IMG/VR virus record: IMGVR_UViG_3300009408_000001
Span: 96,001 to 160,000 of that record
Origin: a virus
Length of the DNA stretch: 64,000 nucleotides
Reading direction: 5' to 3' (one strand)
Position 1 is the stretch's first letter. Each line of letters opens with the position of its first letter. A model generated the notes under the pieces. That model searched no databases and was not told the origin of the DNA. It saw nothing but the letters and a program-made list of their open reading frames with translations. Of the stretch, positions 35,902 to 46,489 are shown piece after piece. The translations under genes and the position numbers were made by a program.

Positions 35902-38073
35902 ATGGGCTACCCATTCTTACGAGATACGTCAGAGTACGTTAGAAACATAGACCTAATCGAACACTACCACCAGAACATGGGTACTTACCTTAGAGTAATG
36001 ACACCAATGTCCGGCGTGGAAGCAATTGCCTTTTCAAAACGGAATGCAATACCAAATGACCCGATGTTAAAAGTGCTGGAACGCGTCCCGGACGGAGATA
36101 GGTACAAGCGAAAAGTGTCACTATTAGACTTACTTAAGAACGTCCATCATAACTCCCGGTTCTTATCCCCCTCAATGGTGGTCTATGAGAACCCCGACGT
36201 GAAGCTGAGTTTTGTAGCGGAGTATCTTATCAATGGGATCAACGGAAGAAACTCAGAACGTTCCCTGGCTAAAGCAGCATTTCTCGTGCAAGATTACGGC
36301 GAGGCAACCTTCCGTAACAACAACCAAGCCAACTTCAAAACCGGTAACAACACGGTCAGTGGTTCACATGTTTCAGAACACAACCCACTGCATAATCCCT
36401 CCTGCCACACGACGCTTACTTCCATATGTAGGTGTGCCACGAGCTATTCTAATGCCGCAGTAGAGAAGATGTTAGCTGGTAACAGGCACTACACCACAGA
36501 ACTCATTACTCTGGGTGAACTGGCAGCGTTGATTCGTCACGCAGATATGTCCGCCCTAGAGAAAGTAATAACTCAGTTTAACATGACTATCCCAACCGTC
36601 ACTCAGCTGAGTGACTATATAAAGAAGAACACACTTCGTTACTGGGAATCCAAAGCCGGTTGGGGTAGCATACATGCCTTCATTAGTAAGATGTCCCCAA
36701 TGGAGAGGGTGGCTGTGGCGTACACGAACGATCTGAACGCGATGCGGTTGTTTTCTCCGAAGGCCACACACTTGTTCCTAACCAAGTTAGCCGAGAAGAA
36801 AGAAGCAAGTGTGGAAACAGCAGGGTTGGACATCGGACACTTGCGGGAAGAGATGGCAATTCATGTCGGTTTAGTCATGTCAGACGAGATAAAGGGAATC
36901 TCATTATCCGACGCTAAGAAAGATAAGCCTGAAACGTACTCACGGTATTACAATACCGTTAAGAACGTAGAGTCCGTCATGGAAGAATACCGCGAGTTCA
37001 TTGCTAACTTCTTCCTGACAGATAACCTCCCCAGTTCGATATACGACATCATGCATTCTGTCCGTAAGATCGTACCGTTGTCAGATACGGATTCCACGTT
37101 GTTTACCCTTCAGGACTGGGTAGAGTGGTTACAAGGTAGCCAGGGTTTTGAGAGACGACATCGTGCATCTGCTGGCGCAGTGTTCTTTGTCTTTGCCAGT
37201 CACGTTAACCACATGTTGGCACTGATGTCTAGAAACATGGGAGCAACTGACGAGAACCTATTCAGATTGGTTATGAAGGGCGAGTTCTACCAACCGGTAT
37301 TGGCCGTGACAAACATGACCAAACATTACACCTCGTTCAAGTGGGGTTCAGAAGGGGATTTCTATGATGTAATGGAAATGGATACTAAGGGGTCAAACTT
37401 GAAGAACTCCAAACACCCTCCTGAGATAACCGACATCCTGAACAAGTACATCAAGCAGATGATGGAATGGGCAATGGTTCCATTGGAACAAAGGCCAGGT
37501 ATAAAAGAGATGCTACGTGTTCCGTCACAGGTATCTGACCGCATCCTTACATCACTCAGTAAGGGAGAGATGAAGTACCTAAGCTCCGGAAAGGTTAATA
37601 CTAAGGAAGCATATACCAACCCAGAGGCATCACCCCTAATCTACTATAAGTTCTGGAACACGGTGTTTGGAGCAGAACACGGTTATTCTGACTTACCGCC
37701 GTATGACGCTACTAAGGTAGCCGTAACCATTACCAAGAAAGGAAAGTACAAGGAGTGGCTTGCCACACAAGACCCCACCTTTGCAGGGAAGTTCAGCCGT
37801 GCAATGGAAGACATGGGAAGAACATACCTAACCTCAATCCTAGTGCCAACTGCCGCTCTTTCTTCTGGACAACTTCCTAAGGAAATCCATTCCATGTTGG
37901 ATTACCGCCGGATTGAAACAGAGCTTACAGCGGGCTTTACGATCATGTTGGAAACAGCAGGGGTACAAACCCGTAACAAAAAGATGTCGAGGCTGCTGTC
38001 GGAAGAAGTAGATGTAGCAATATACGAAGGACAGAACTTAGACGACTGGGCTGAGTTCCTACCACCGGCATAG
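35902..38073 (+). CDS. Family B DNA polymerase, polymerase subunit (phiKZ gp50-like)
   Basis: SDTDS motif, TKHY segment; GGAGA RBS before ATG 35902; synteny with chmA. Confidence 0.85.
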   Translation: MGYPFLRDTSEYVRNIDLIEHYHQNMGTYLRVMTPMSGVEAIAFSKRNAIPNDPMLKVLERVPDGDRYKRKVSLLDLLKNVHHNSRFLSPSMVVYENPDVKLSFVAEYLINGINGRNSERSLAKAAFLVQDYGEATFRNNNQANFKTGNNTVSGSHVSEHNPLHNPSCHTTLTSICRCATSYSNAAVEKMLAGNRHYTTELITLGELAALIRHADMSALEKVITQFNMTIPTVTQLSDYIKKNTLRYWESKAGWGSIHAFISKMSPMERVAVAYTNDLNAMRLFSPKATHLFLTKLAEKKEASVETAGLDIGHLREEMAIHVGLVMSDEIKGISLSDAKKDKPETYSRYYNTVKNVESVMEEYREFIANFFLTDNLPSSIYDIMHSVRKIVPLSDTDSTLFTLQDWVEWLQGSQGFERRHRASAGAVFFVFASHVNHMLALMSRNMGATDENLFRLVMKGEFYQPVLAVTNMTKHYTSFKWGSEGDFYDVMEMDTKGSNLKNSKHPPEITDILNKYIKQMMEWAMVPLEQRPGIKEMLRVPSQVSDRILTSLSKGEMKYLSSGKVNTKEAYTNPEASPLIYYKFWNTVFGAEHGYSDLPPYDATKVAVTITKKGKYKEWLATQDPTFAGKFSRAMEDMGRTYLTSILVPTAALSSGQLPKEIHSMLDYRRIETELTAGFTIMLETAGVQTRNKKMSRLLSEEVDVAIYEGQNLDDWAEFLPPA

Positions 38074-38106
38074 AGAAAGGGGCCATCGGCCCCTTTCCCT
38101 TTTATG

Positions 38107-39180
38107 CTATTCCAGGTACGTCCTGAGGTCAACCCAAAGAGTCCTCGCATTAAAGCGAACGCTGTCTTCTTCGATTCGGTCAATGGTACCACGTGACTCC
38201 ACCAACCGGTTAGCTTGTTTCCACCTGTTTAACAAGTTGGACATGTGTCGGTATTTTGGGGTACGACTAACCACCGCATGTACCAATGGTAAGTATGCTA
38301 AGAACCGAATGGTATCGTTCATTACGGTTTCGTTGATATCCAGCAATGGGAACCCACTGAATAACATGCCTTCACCATTCAAGTTTGGCAAGTGCCCCAA
38401 GGTGTCAATTGGACTTTGTCCCTTCTTAGTAGCCCTTTGAAATAATTTCCAGTACAATTTCGATATGACCTCTGTCCTGTTCGTTAAAAATATAGGTGGT
38501 CTTTCCACTGTCGTGAACATCTCATCACCACGGGTAGAAGCATTGTTATAACTGGACTGTAACTGGGTGTCCAGTGCTCCTGGTAGAACGAATCTCCCAA
38601 CGAACTGCTCTACCGACTCTTGCATGGTATCTTCTAGCTTCCGATTAACTTCGTACCACCCGTGGTACATGACAGATAACTCCGGTATGGAGATCGCCAG
38701 GATTGCGTACTCATATGTATCCGATCCTTCACCCCCCTCTGGAAGGTACCAGTGGGGTAGAACATACGGGTGACATAGCACGCGAAGTGGGGAAAGGGAC
38801 TTCCAATCTCCATTGTACGATATCACCTCGGTGACACTGTAGTGATCTGACTGTACTAAATATTCAAAGCAGTCTTTATAGTATACTGACTTTGAGGACT
38901 TGCCTCTGTTTACAGGACTATATGCCTTTACGGCAAGAGATAGGTCATCCTCTAGGTCTTTTGCAGCGGAATACTGCATCAGTGGGGTAGACCCCAGTCG
39001 TGTTACTAACCCATAGACCAACTTAACAATTGGGTGGTCACCACCAGCAGAATGTCCGTAGGTTTGATAGTGTTTCTTTACCTGTTCTCGTTCGTCGACC
39101 TGTAAACCAAGAAGGCGATTTAGCTTTGTATCAGTATACCTGCCGACATTAGCAGGGGTGGTGCCTATTAGCGGGTACAT
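38107..39180 (-). CDS. Conserved protein (phiKZ gp52-like)
   Basis: Antisense gene between PolB and chimallin, as in phiKZ. Confidence 0.65.
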   Translation of the reverse strand: MYPLIGTTPANVGRYTDTKLNRLLGLQVDEREQVKKHYQTYGHSAGGDHPIVKLVYGLVTRLGSTPLMQYSAAKDLEDDLSLAVKAYSPVNRGKSSKSVYYKDCFEYLVQSDHYSVTEVISYNGDWKSLSPLRVLCHPYVLPHWYLPEGGEGSDTYEYAILAISIPELSVMYHGWYEVNRKLEDTMQESVEQFVGRFVLPGALDTQLQSSYNNASTRGDEMFTTVERPPIFLTNRTEVISKLYWKLFQRATKKGQSPIDTLGHLPNLNGEGMLFSGFPLLDINETVMNDTIRFLAYLPLVHAVVSRTPKYRHMSNLLNRWKQANRLVESRGTIDRIEEDSVRFNARTLWVDLRTYLE

Positions 39181-39389
39181 TCTCGAACTCCAATGCTAAA
39201 TTAAAAGACCAGGATCCATACTTATGTTAAGTGGAAGGAATATTACTTATCCAAACCATTCTTACTGGGACGCGTGCGTCCTTTTCTGGTTTGAACATAA
39301 CTATGGACATATATTATTTTGATGGTAGAGTATGTTCTCTTCCATTCCATTAACGCACGTGCGCACGTGCATTAGGAGATATACCACAG

Positions 39390-41333
39390 ATGGCACTTAT
39401 AAGAGATGATCAACAACCAGCAGCAGCAGTGGATAGAACCCATTCCGCTGTACCACCTACCCCAGAACAACCTGGTGTTAACCAGACAGCGGCACAACCT
39501 ACCTTGGACCCAAACGGAGACTTCGATGAAGGATTCGGGGACTTATTCGATGACGGCCTATATGGGGACCTCGGTATCGCTGTATCAGGTGTGGGGGGGT
39601 GTGGCGAATCCCTTGCGGAATTCTTGAAAAACATGGAGGACCAGTGCCTCAGTACGTTGAAGGATAGGGCTGTTATCCGCCTCATACAGGATGTAAACCT
39701 GTACATCTCGTTTGTAGTTCTGGCGAATGTGTCTAAGATCAAGGAAGGTTCGGTTCCTTGCTTTGTATTTATGATGGAAGAGACCATTCACGGGATATCA
39801 GCCACAAAGGTGGAAGAGTACCGTACCATCCGGGGTGTGGAACAGATAGTGCGTTACAACACCACCGATCAATTCTTTGACCCGGATGCCCGTAACATCG
39901 TGGCCCGCCACATGGCCCGTGACCTGGGTTGTGAGTTGGGTGCGATCAAGTTCGTGGCCAACGCCACCGTTAAGAAGTCAATGGACCTTCGGTCTCCGGA
40001 GACCGCTAAACATCACTTCACAAATGCACTGTCACAACTAGCGTCCAAATACGTTAGACGCACGGGTAAAGGGATTACCTACGCTAGGCTGACAGATGGT
40101 GTAAGCCAGTTAGTCCAGACTGTGTACACCACCCCCGGTGAAGCATCTGAATTGGATGTAGAAGGCCAACCCTGTGCCGCAGATTTCCGAGTTACCCTGG
40201 CACTGAAGGAAGCGGGTCGGAATAATCGTCCTACCAACAACATTCACAGCCAGGCGAGTGAGGCGGGCCTGACCACCACCACCGTTCATGTGGATCTAAT
40301 GCGCCTCCCACCTTCACAGGTACAGCCCACTGGTGTACCCGGTATGGTGCAACAGCCTACACCGGGCCACGCAGCATGTCTTACCATTACCTCAAACCAT
40401 GAGGCTCTACTTGGCCCACGCAATGCGACAGCAGGGGTTCCAGCCCAGTTACTGGGTATGACCTCACTGGCTGTGTTGTCTTTGAACAACAACTGGGTAG
40501 CAGCCTACCAGAACTTCCCTGGTCAAGTATCTGCTAAGGAAAGCATTGGCATGGTGGCGGTCGAACATGACCCCTACCTACGTCCAGGCAACGATCACTT
40601 TAAACCAGTGAACGTCATGAGCGCTGCACCAGGGGAAACTCCGGGTGACGCAATGACTCCAGAAGCAGTGGCTGCAATGTGGGTTCATCCTGCATCTATC
40701 CATGCAATCGATTGCCTGCGTGCAGGCGTCAATAGCTGGGCAATGGATATCTTCCAACGTGCTGCTACCGACCCTGCTGCACAACAGAGAATTCTCTCTG
40801 AATGTGATGCACTTTTCAACGGTAAGTTCTTGCCTATCTGGAACCGGGTTACCAATAATTCAGGTGCATCTCCCGTTCTTCCACAGACCAGTTACATCTT
40901 AGCTGGTACTTACCGTGAAGAGAACCGCCTCTTGGATATCCGCTCTCTGGACTACACCAAGGTCGTGGCTATGGGTCTACAGGATCCTCAGTTCATTGCC
41001 GAAGTAACCAGTGGTAACATGATGGGTGCAGATGCCTCCCGTGTCCAGAAACGCATGGAACGTTTGCGTCCACTGATCCCATCTATTGAGATCACAGGTG
41101 CTTACACCCGTTGCTACTTCCACCCTGCACTCATTGGTGCTATGGCTGAAGCAATGGTTGCTGCTGAAATGGTGGTAATCACCAACGCCAACTTCAACCG
41201 AATTGATACAGGTCGTGCTTACATCGATCCTAACAATCTGGGTGTTGTTTCACAGGGTGGGGCATTCCAAAATAACCAGGGTGGTCAGTCTAACTATGCT
41301 GCTCCAAACAGTTGGATGGGTCACGGGTACTAG
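39390..41333 (+). CDS. chmA: Chimallin, major phage nuclear shell protein (phiKZ gp54-like)
   Basis: 647 aa, disordered N-terminus, G/N/Q-rich C-tail; immediately upstream of nvRNAP beta'N, the conserved chmA position. Confidence 0.85.
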   Translation: MALIRDDQQPAAAVDRTHSAVPPTPEQPGVNQTAAQPTLDPNGDFDEGFGDLFDDGLYGDLGIAVSGVGGCGESLAEFLKNMEDQCLSTLKDRAVIRLIQDVNLYISFVVLANVSKIKEGSVPCFVFMMEETIHGISATKVEEYRTIRGVEQIVRYNTTDQFFDPDARNIVARHMARDLGCELGAIKFVANATVKKSMDLRSPETAKHHFTNALSQLASKYVRRTGKGITYARLTDGVSQLVQTVYTTPGEASELDVEGQPCAADFRVTLALKEAGRNNRPTNNIHSQASEAGLTTTTVHVDLMRLPPSQVQPTGVPGMVQQPTPGHAACLTITSNHEALLGPRNATAGVPAQLLGMTSLAVLSLNNNWVAAYQNFPGQVSAKESIGMVAVEHDPYLRPGNDHFKPVNVMSAAPGETPGDAMTPEAVAAMWVHPASIHAIDCLRAGVNSWAMDIFQRAATDPAAQQRILSECDALFNGKFLPIWNRVTNNSGASPVLPQTSYILAGTYREENRLLDIRSLDYTKVVAMGLQDPQFIAEVTSGNMMGADASRVQKRMERLRPLIPSIEITGAYTRCYFHPALIGAMAEAMVAAEMVVITNANFNRIDTGRAYIDPNNLGVVSQGGAFQNNQGGQSNYAAPNSWMGHGY

Positions 41334-41358
41334 AAAAGGCTAGTGGTTTAGTATTTTG

Positions 41359-41384
41359 AGAAAGGGCTTCGGTCCTTTCTTTTT
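41359..41384 (+). terminator. Rho-independent terminator
   Basis: GAAAGGGC-TTCG-GTCCTTTC + T tract. Confidence 0.85.
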
Positions 41385-41408
41385 ATTTGTCTCAGGAGAA
41401 GATGTCAA

Positions 41409-42920
41409 ATGGCTAAAACACTCGTGATGGTTGACCAGGACAAGGTCTTTTCGGACCTGAAGTTTCCACCAATCATGTTGAACGACATACCCTCGGAAAC
41501 CGCAGAGGATAGAAAGGCACTAAATGCACTGATTGCCATCACCTATCAAGATGATACAATCGATGGTGTCCCACGCTGTGGTTGTGGTAAGTTAGGCAAC
41601 GCGTACAACCTAGGGGTACTACACGAAAAATGCAGCACTCGTGTAGAGTCACCGACGGAAGTGACTATTGAATCAAACGTATGGTTCCGGGCACCCGATG
41701 GTGTAACCGCCATGATCAATCCCCACCTATGGACCCTGTTATCCACGAAGATGGTCTACCAGGGATACAACGTATTAAGGTGGATGTGCAGTCCAAATGT
41801 ATCGGCACCACCGGTAGAGAATAAGAAGGCACATCTAGCGTTACGCAGATACGAAAGGTTAGAGATCCCACGTGGGGTAAACAGCTTCATCGCTAACTTT
41901 GACCTTATCGTACCGGTATTGTTAGCAAGCTTCACAGACAAGTATGCAAAGCTGGAAATGGAAGAGTACCTGATTAGGTTCAGGAAGTACTTCTTCCCAA
42001 GGCACCTTCCGATGCCAACCCGGATGGCGATCATCATGGAAGAGACAAACATGCTCACGTTTGTGGATGTCACAATTGCAGATGCAATCGATGCTGCTAG
42101 GACAATGACCATGGGTAACCACGGTCGTCGGGCTATTTCCAAAGTAGAGGGCAAGGTTGCCGCAGTGGTAAACTCCCTTTCCATGTATTACGATAATCTC
42201 ATCGATTCTTCCTTCTCTAAAAAGGAAGGAATGTTCAGGAACGTGATGCTCGGAGCCAGGATGCCATTCGCCTTTCGTTCGGTCATTGTCTCTAATGCAG
42301 GGGTACATGACTACGAGACCACAGAAATTCCATACACGACAGGTGTGACCATGTTCAAGGTCCACATCATGAACTTAATGGAAAAGGAAGGGTGGACATA
42401 TAGAGAAGCGTGGGATTATGTAGACGAACACACGATGACGTGGGATAGCTACCTCTATGGTTTGTTAATGCAGTTGGTCAAGTTGTCACCCGGTGGAAAA
42501 GGACTAGGACACCTGTTCATCCGATACCCTACACTGGATAGGCTCTCCATTCAGTTCCTGTTCATTGTTGACTTCACATTAGAAGCAGCTAAGATCTCTC
42601 CTCTGGCTATCATTGGGCCAAATGCAGATTATGACGGGGATCAACTGACCGGCATTGCGGCGCAGTCGCTTAAACAGTATGCGATCTTCGAGTACTATCG
42701 TCCACACTACGGAATCTTTGCACTCCATAAACCAATGACGATTACTCGGAACCTTGCATTGCCAGATGCGACTATCGGAACAACGTCGGCTTGGTTAGAA
42801 TACGGGCGTCGTCCGATTGACCAAATGCATGAGGATGGGGTTGGTTATGTAGAGTCCGTTTCTTCAACTGGGGAAGTAACACGAATCCCCTTTAGTGACC
42901 TCTACACGGAGTATGTATGA
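41409..42920 (+). CDS. Non-virion RNA polymerase beta' N-terminal subunit (phiKZ gp55-like)
   Basis: Catalytic NADYDGD; N-terminal Zn-ribbon-like CGC...HEKC. Confidence 0.92.
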   Translation: MAKTLVMVDQDKVFSDLKFPPIMLNDIPSETAEDRKALNALIAITYQDDTIDGVPRCGCGKLGNAYNLGVLHEKCSTRVESPTEVTIESNVWFRAPDGVTAMINPHLWTLLSTKMVYQGYNVLRWMCSPNVSAPPVENKKAHLALRRYERLEIPRGVNSFIANFDLIVPVLLASFTDKYAKLEMEEYLIRFRKYFFPRHLPMPTRMAIIMEETNMLTFVDVTIADAIDAARTMTMGNHGRRAISKVEGKVAAVVNSLSMYYDNLIDSSFSKKEGMFRNVMLGARMPFAFRSVIVSNAGVHDYETTEIPYTTGVTMFKVHIMNLMEKEGWTYREAWDYVDEHTMTWDSYLYGLLMQLVKLSPGGKGLGHLFIRYPTLDRLSIQFLFIVDFTLEAAKISPLAIIGPNADYDGDQLTGIAAQSLKQYAIFEYYRPHYGIFALHKPMTITRNLALPDATIGTTSAWLEYGRRPIDQMHEDGVGYVESVSSTGEVTRIPFSDLYTEYV

Positions 42921-43531
42921 ACATCTGTTACGCCAATGTAGATGAGTTAGCGTCTGCGATGTATGCTAGACCTACACAACAGGCACTAGCCACCATTCAA
43001 AGTAACGTGGCGACTTACATGGCCCAGTCGGTACATATCCCACAGGCCATCATGGCTACTATCAAACAGGGATACCAAACCTTTGTAGACCACTCCCTTG
43101 GCAATGGTGTGGCAGCACTGCGTAGTAAGTTGGGCATGTACTGGAGACCGGATACCATAGCTACGGCTACCACCATTGAGGAGTTGCAAACTGCTAAACC
43201 CACCATGTCACGGTGGTTAATGACCAGTCCTGTAGTACGGGAGGCAGTAGCCTCCGGAAACTTATCGGGGTATGCTGGACAGTATGTCGATCCGCAACCT
43301 GGGTTATCTGGACCGGCTCAGAAAGATTGGAGGCAGGTTAACACAGGGGTGGTGCAACACTCAGACAGTGGGGTACACGTGTCTACCTACTATGAACGGT
43401 ATGGAAAGGACTCAGTTTACATGTCAGCCGTTGATAAAGGCATGGTAAAGGCTTCAATCGCAATGTTGGAGTACTATGCAACAGAAGGTGATTTCGATCC
43501 GACGTCGGTATGGAATGAACCTATTTACTAG
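42917..43531 (+). CDS. Conserved protein (phiKZ gp59/Imp3-like)
   Basis: First conserved gene after beta'N; assignment by synteny only. Confidence 0.5.
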   Translation: MNICYANVDELASAMYARPTQQALATIQSNVATYMAQSVHIPQAIMATIKQGYQTFVDHSLGNGVAALRSKLGMYWRPDTIATATTIEELQTAKPTMSRWLMTSPVVREAVASGNLSGYAGQYVDPQPGLSGPAQKDWRQVNTGVVQHSDSGVHVSTYYERYGKDSVYMSAVDKGMVKASIAMLEYYATEGDFDPTSVWNEPIY

Positions 43532-43534
43532 GAC

Positions 43535-43565
43535 AAAAGGAGGGCTTTCGCCCTCCTTTTTTTAT
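43535..43565 (+). terminator. Rho-independent terminator
   Basis: AAAAGGAGGGC-TTTC-GCCCTCCTTTT. Confidence 0.85.
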
Positions 43566-43596
43566 ACCCAGTGGGCAGATTTATAAAGGAGCGATC

Positions 43597-43992
43597 ATGA
43601 AAGCAGTACCGGTATTAGGAAGTGACGGTTGGGTAACCGACCCGGAAAAGATGATGAACCACTTGTACATGAACATGTACGAAGCCAACTATTCTCAAAG
43701 TACAGCAATGTACGGAGAGGTAACCAGTTTCCAACACATCATTACGAGTTATGGAAATGACCCACATCTGCTCTCGTCGCAGATGACAAACGCAATTCGA
43801 AAGTATTACAGTAGGTATTTCGATTCGGCAGATGTCTCCTTTACACGGGTGGATACGACCGATGGAGAAAATATGGTCTATAACTTAGAGATCAACGCAA
43901 CCTTGGGAAAGAAGTCGGTATCCCTTGCACGGACATTACGGAAAGGCACCGGACACAATGCCGGTACTTTCTTGGAAACACTAGGAGCATAA
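43597..43992 (+). CDS. Conserved protein (phiKZ gp61-like), possibly T4 gp25-like fold
   Basis: AAGGAG RBS; synteny; size and C-terminal beta pattern. Confidence 0.5.
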   Translation: MKAVPVLGSDGWVTDPEKMMNHLYMNMYEANYSQSTAMYGEVTSFQHIITSYGNDPHLLSSQMTNAIRKYYSRYFDSADVSFTRVDTTDGENMVYNLEINATLGKKSVSLARTLRKGTGHNAGTFLETLGA

Positions 43993-43993
43993 C

Positions 43994-44578
43994 ATGACCC
44001 AGATGACAAACCCCTCTAATAGCCAGATACCCGTGGAAGAGATCCCCACTCCTGAAGACAGTGAACCCATGTCAGATGAGATTCGCGTTATCATGGCTAA
44101 GCTTGCGGAGTTACCCCAGATTAAATTAAGGGACTTTGAGATATACGCCGCTGCACTGGCAGACCCCTCTGATGACCCGGAGTCACTTCGACTTAGAACT
44201 GAATGGGCTAGGACCGTTTGTATATCCGAACGACTAGCTGTACATGTGGTGGACGACACATCAGGTGAAATAATGTTTAGAGTCCCACCGATGCGCACTC
44301 CCCTAGCACAGTTAGAGAATAAAAACATTACCTCGGCCATGCTTGCTCTGGAGAAGATGCAACGTGGTAACCCCTATGCAGCAGATGCATTCGCAAGGGA
44401 GGTCATAGAACCCTCTATGTTTCAAGGAATGATAACCCTCGAAGACACGAAGGATTGGCAGTACATCATACAACGATATGGTAGCAACCAACCACAGGCC
44501 CCCGATGGAGTGGAAAGAACAATGAACACCAATGCTATTCCAGATGAGGAGGACTTGGCAGATGACGACGGATGGTAA
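43994..44578 (+). CDS. Conserved protein (phiKZ gp62-like)
   Basis: Synteny; acidic termini. Confidence 0.55.
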   Translation: MTQMTNPSNSQIPVEEIPTPEDSEPMSDEIRVIMAKLAELPQIKLRDFEIYAAALADPSDDPESLRLRTEWARTVCISERLAVHVVDDTSGEIMFRVPPMRTPLAQLENKNITSAMLALEKMQRGNPYAADAFAREVIEPSMFQGMITLEDTKDWQYIIQRYGSNQPQAPDGVERTMNTNAIPDEEDLADDDGW

Positions 44579-45701
44579 CTATGAACTTAGGATCCTAGAA
44601 TTCTCTGACGTACATGTAGATGGTTCACTTGTCCCCACTCGGAAAATACTAGGGGACATGGACAAGATGATTCCAGACGATGCTAAAACCGCGATGTACG
44701 ACATCGTGTTTATTGCGGGAGACTTCTGGGATAAGGAAATGTCCGCCGCCTCTAATAATTGTGAGTTAGTGGATCGATGGATTGTTAAGTTCCTACGGCG
44801 TTGTAAGGTAAACGGTACCATTGTTAGAGTCTTGGAAGGGACGAAGTCACATGACCGTGGACAGAACTACCGGTTTATAATGCTTAACGAGTTGGCAAAC
44901 ATCGGGGCAAACGTGGGGTACTGGGATGTTCTAGCCATTGAGCACATTAAGGAACTCGACATTGATGTGCTTTATCTTCCAGACCAATGGCGACATGATC
45001 CAGATGAAACGTGGGTTGACGTACAGAACCTAATTGCCAGCAAGGGACTTAAGAAGGTCGACTATGCGATAACGCATGGTTTCTTTGAGCATCAGGTTCC
45101 AGAGGGATTAGGTTTGCATCCTCACCTGAATAAACGGTACAGGTCCATCGTACGGAAGTACATATTCAACGGGCACCACCATACGGCAGTGGTTAAGGAT
45201 AACATCATTGTTGCTGGGTCTCCTGGTAGGTACATGCACGGCCAGGAGGAAGATAAGGGAATCGTAGCTGTTACGGTAAGACACCGTGAGAAAAATGACA
45301 ACGACACCATTCGGTTTATAAAGAACGAGTACGCCACCGTCTTCAATTCCTACCATTGGGAGGATAAAGATTCTTCGGAAGTAGCCCAGTTTGTAGAGGA
45401 GATTGTAAAGTTACCGCCTGGGAGCCACGTCCGTATCTACATATCCCGACTATCCGAAAACCTAGCGGTCCTTGTGACTGCCAGTCATTTGTATAGGCAC
45501 GTTACATGGAACCTAGTCCCACCGAAGAAAAAGAAAGGACCTAGTGTTAAAGAGGCGGTAAAGGTACATCGCCAGAGGGAAGATACCGTTGTAACCAAAG
45601 TATCGATTTCGAGCGTAATCGAGGAGAGACTAACGGTCAGTGGGGTATCACCATCGGATGTGTCCCACTGCATTAAAGAGTTGGAGATGGTAATTGGCTA
45701 G
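44562..45701 (+). CDS. sbcD: SbcD/Mre11-like metallophosphoesterase nuclease (phiKZ gp65-like)
   Basis: FSDVH, AGDFWD, GTKSHD, THG, NGHHH motifs; GAGGAGG RBS before ATG 44562. Confidence 0.9.
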   Translation: MTTDGNYELRILEFSDVHVDGSLVPTRKILGDMDKMIPDDAKTAMYDIVFIAGDFWDKEMSAASNNCELVDRWIVKFLRRCKVNGTIVRVLEGTKSHDRGQNYRFIMLNELANIGANVGYWDVLAIEHIKELDIDVLYLPDQWRHDPDETWVDVQNLIASKGLKKVDYAITHGFFEHQVPEGLGLHPHLNKRYRSIVRKYIFNGHHHTAVVKDNIIVAGSPGRYMHGQEEDKGIVAVTVRHREKNDNDTIRFIKNEYATVFNSYHWEDKDSSEVAQFVEEIVKLPPGSHVRIYISRLSENLAVLVTASHLYRHVTWNLVPPKKKKGPSVKEAVKVHRQREDTVVTKVSISSVIEERLTVSGVSPSDVSHCIKELEMVIG

Positions 45702-46485
45702 AGAACGAGAGCTAGGGGAAAAGGTAGCAATATCGATTGCTACTGCCGAAGCGGTTGGGACCGCCCTCTTAGCGGAGAAACCGACTCACCCTGATTGTTG
45801 GATGAATGTTCGTACACTCATCCGGAACTTACACGGTTCCTACAAGGAACCGTCTAAAATTATCCCACCGGAGGTACTGGAGGACCTCGTGGAGGAGATG
45901 GAAAATATCGCTGCATTACTAAGCGATCACGTAGAGGTCACTTACTATGTGACGGATAACGCATCACTACATCCAATGTTTAAGGGCGCTAAACTTAGGG
46001 TACCTAGGACAAAAAAGCAGGTGGCATACAGTGAGATGGAACGTATGGTTCTAGAGAAACTGCGGGGTGAGGAACTAGAGGTATTGGAGTTCAACCAGCG
46101 TATACTGGGTAGGAACTCCAATGCAACAATGTTGACACACCACCCACTTAACCTCTTGTCGAAATACGAGTTCGAAAACCTGACCCTACTGGAGTCACAC
46201 ACTGGGACAGAGAAGTCATCCCGAGAGTGGAATACTAAGTTAACCAGAGGGAAAGAACGGGCAAGGTTACCCTTTAACGTGTTGACCCTACAGGTGTTTG
46301 GAGACAACAGTAATCAGTTTCATGCGATGTCAAAATTGCATCGTGAGACACTGGAAAATATGGCGATTGAACACGCATGGACACCACTTACAACCACTGC
46401 TAAAATCTTATCCAATCTGAACGGGATTTCCGATAAGGACCTTAAAGCAGACTTGAAACAATTGGCATTAACCAAACTGAGGTAA
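45694..46485 (+). CDS. Conserved protein (phiKZ gp66-like)
   Basis: Synteny between sbcD and chmC. Confidence 0.6.
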   Translation: MARERELGEKVAISIATAEAVGTALLAEKPTHPDCWMNVRTLIRNLHGSYKEPSKIIPPEVLEDLVEEMENIAALLSDHVEVTYYVTDNASLHPMFKGAKLRVPRTKKQVAYSEMERMVLEKLRGEELEVLEFNQRILGRNSNATMLTHHPLNLLSKYEFENLTLLESHTGTEKSSREWNTKLTRGKERARLPFNVLTLQVFGDNSNQFHAMSKLHRETLENMAIEHAWTPLTTTAKILSNLNGISDKDLKADLKQLALTKLR

Positions 46486-46489
46486 CACA

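Noticed and set aside
4758-45701. sbcC and sbcD about 37 kb apart
   Set aside because: Already known for phiKZ-like phages; not novel.
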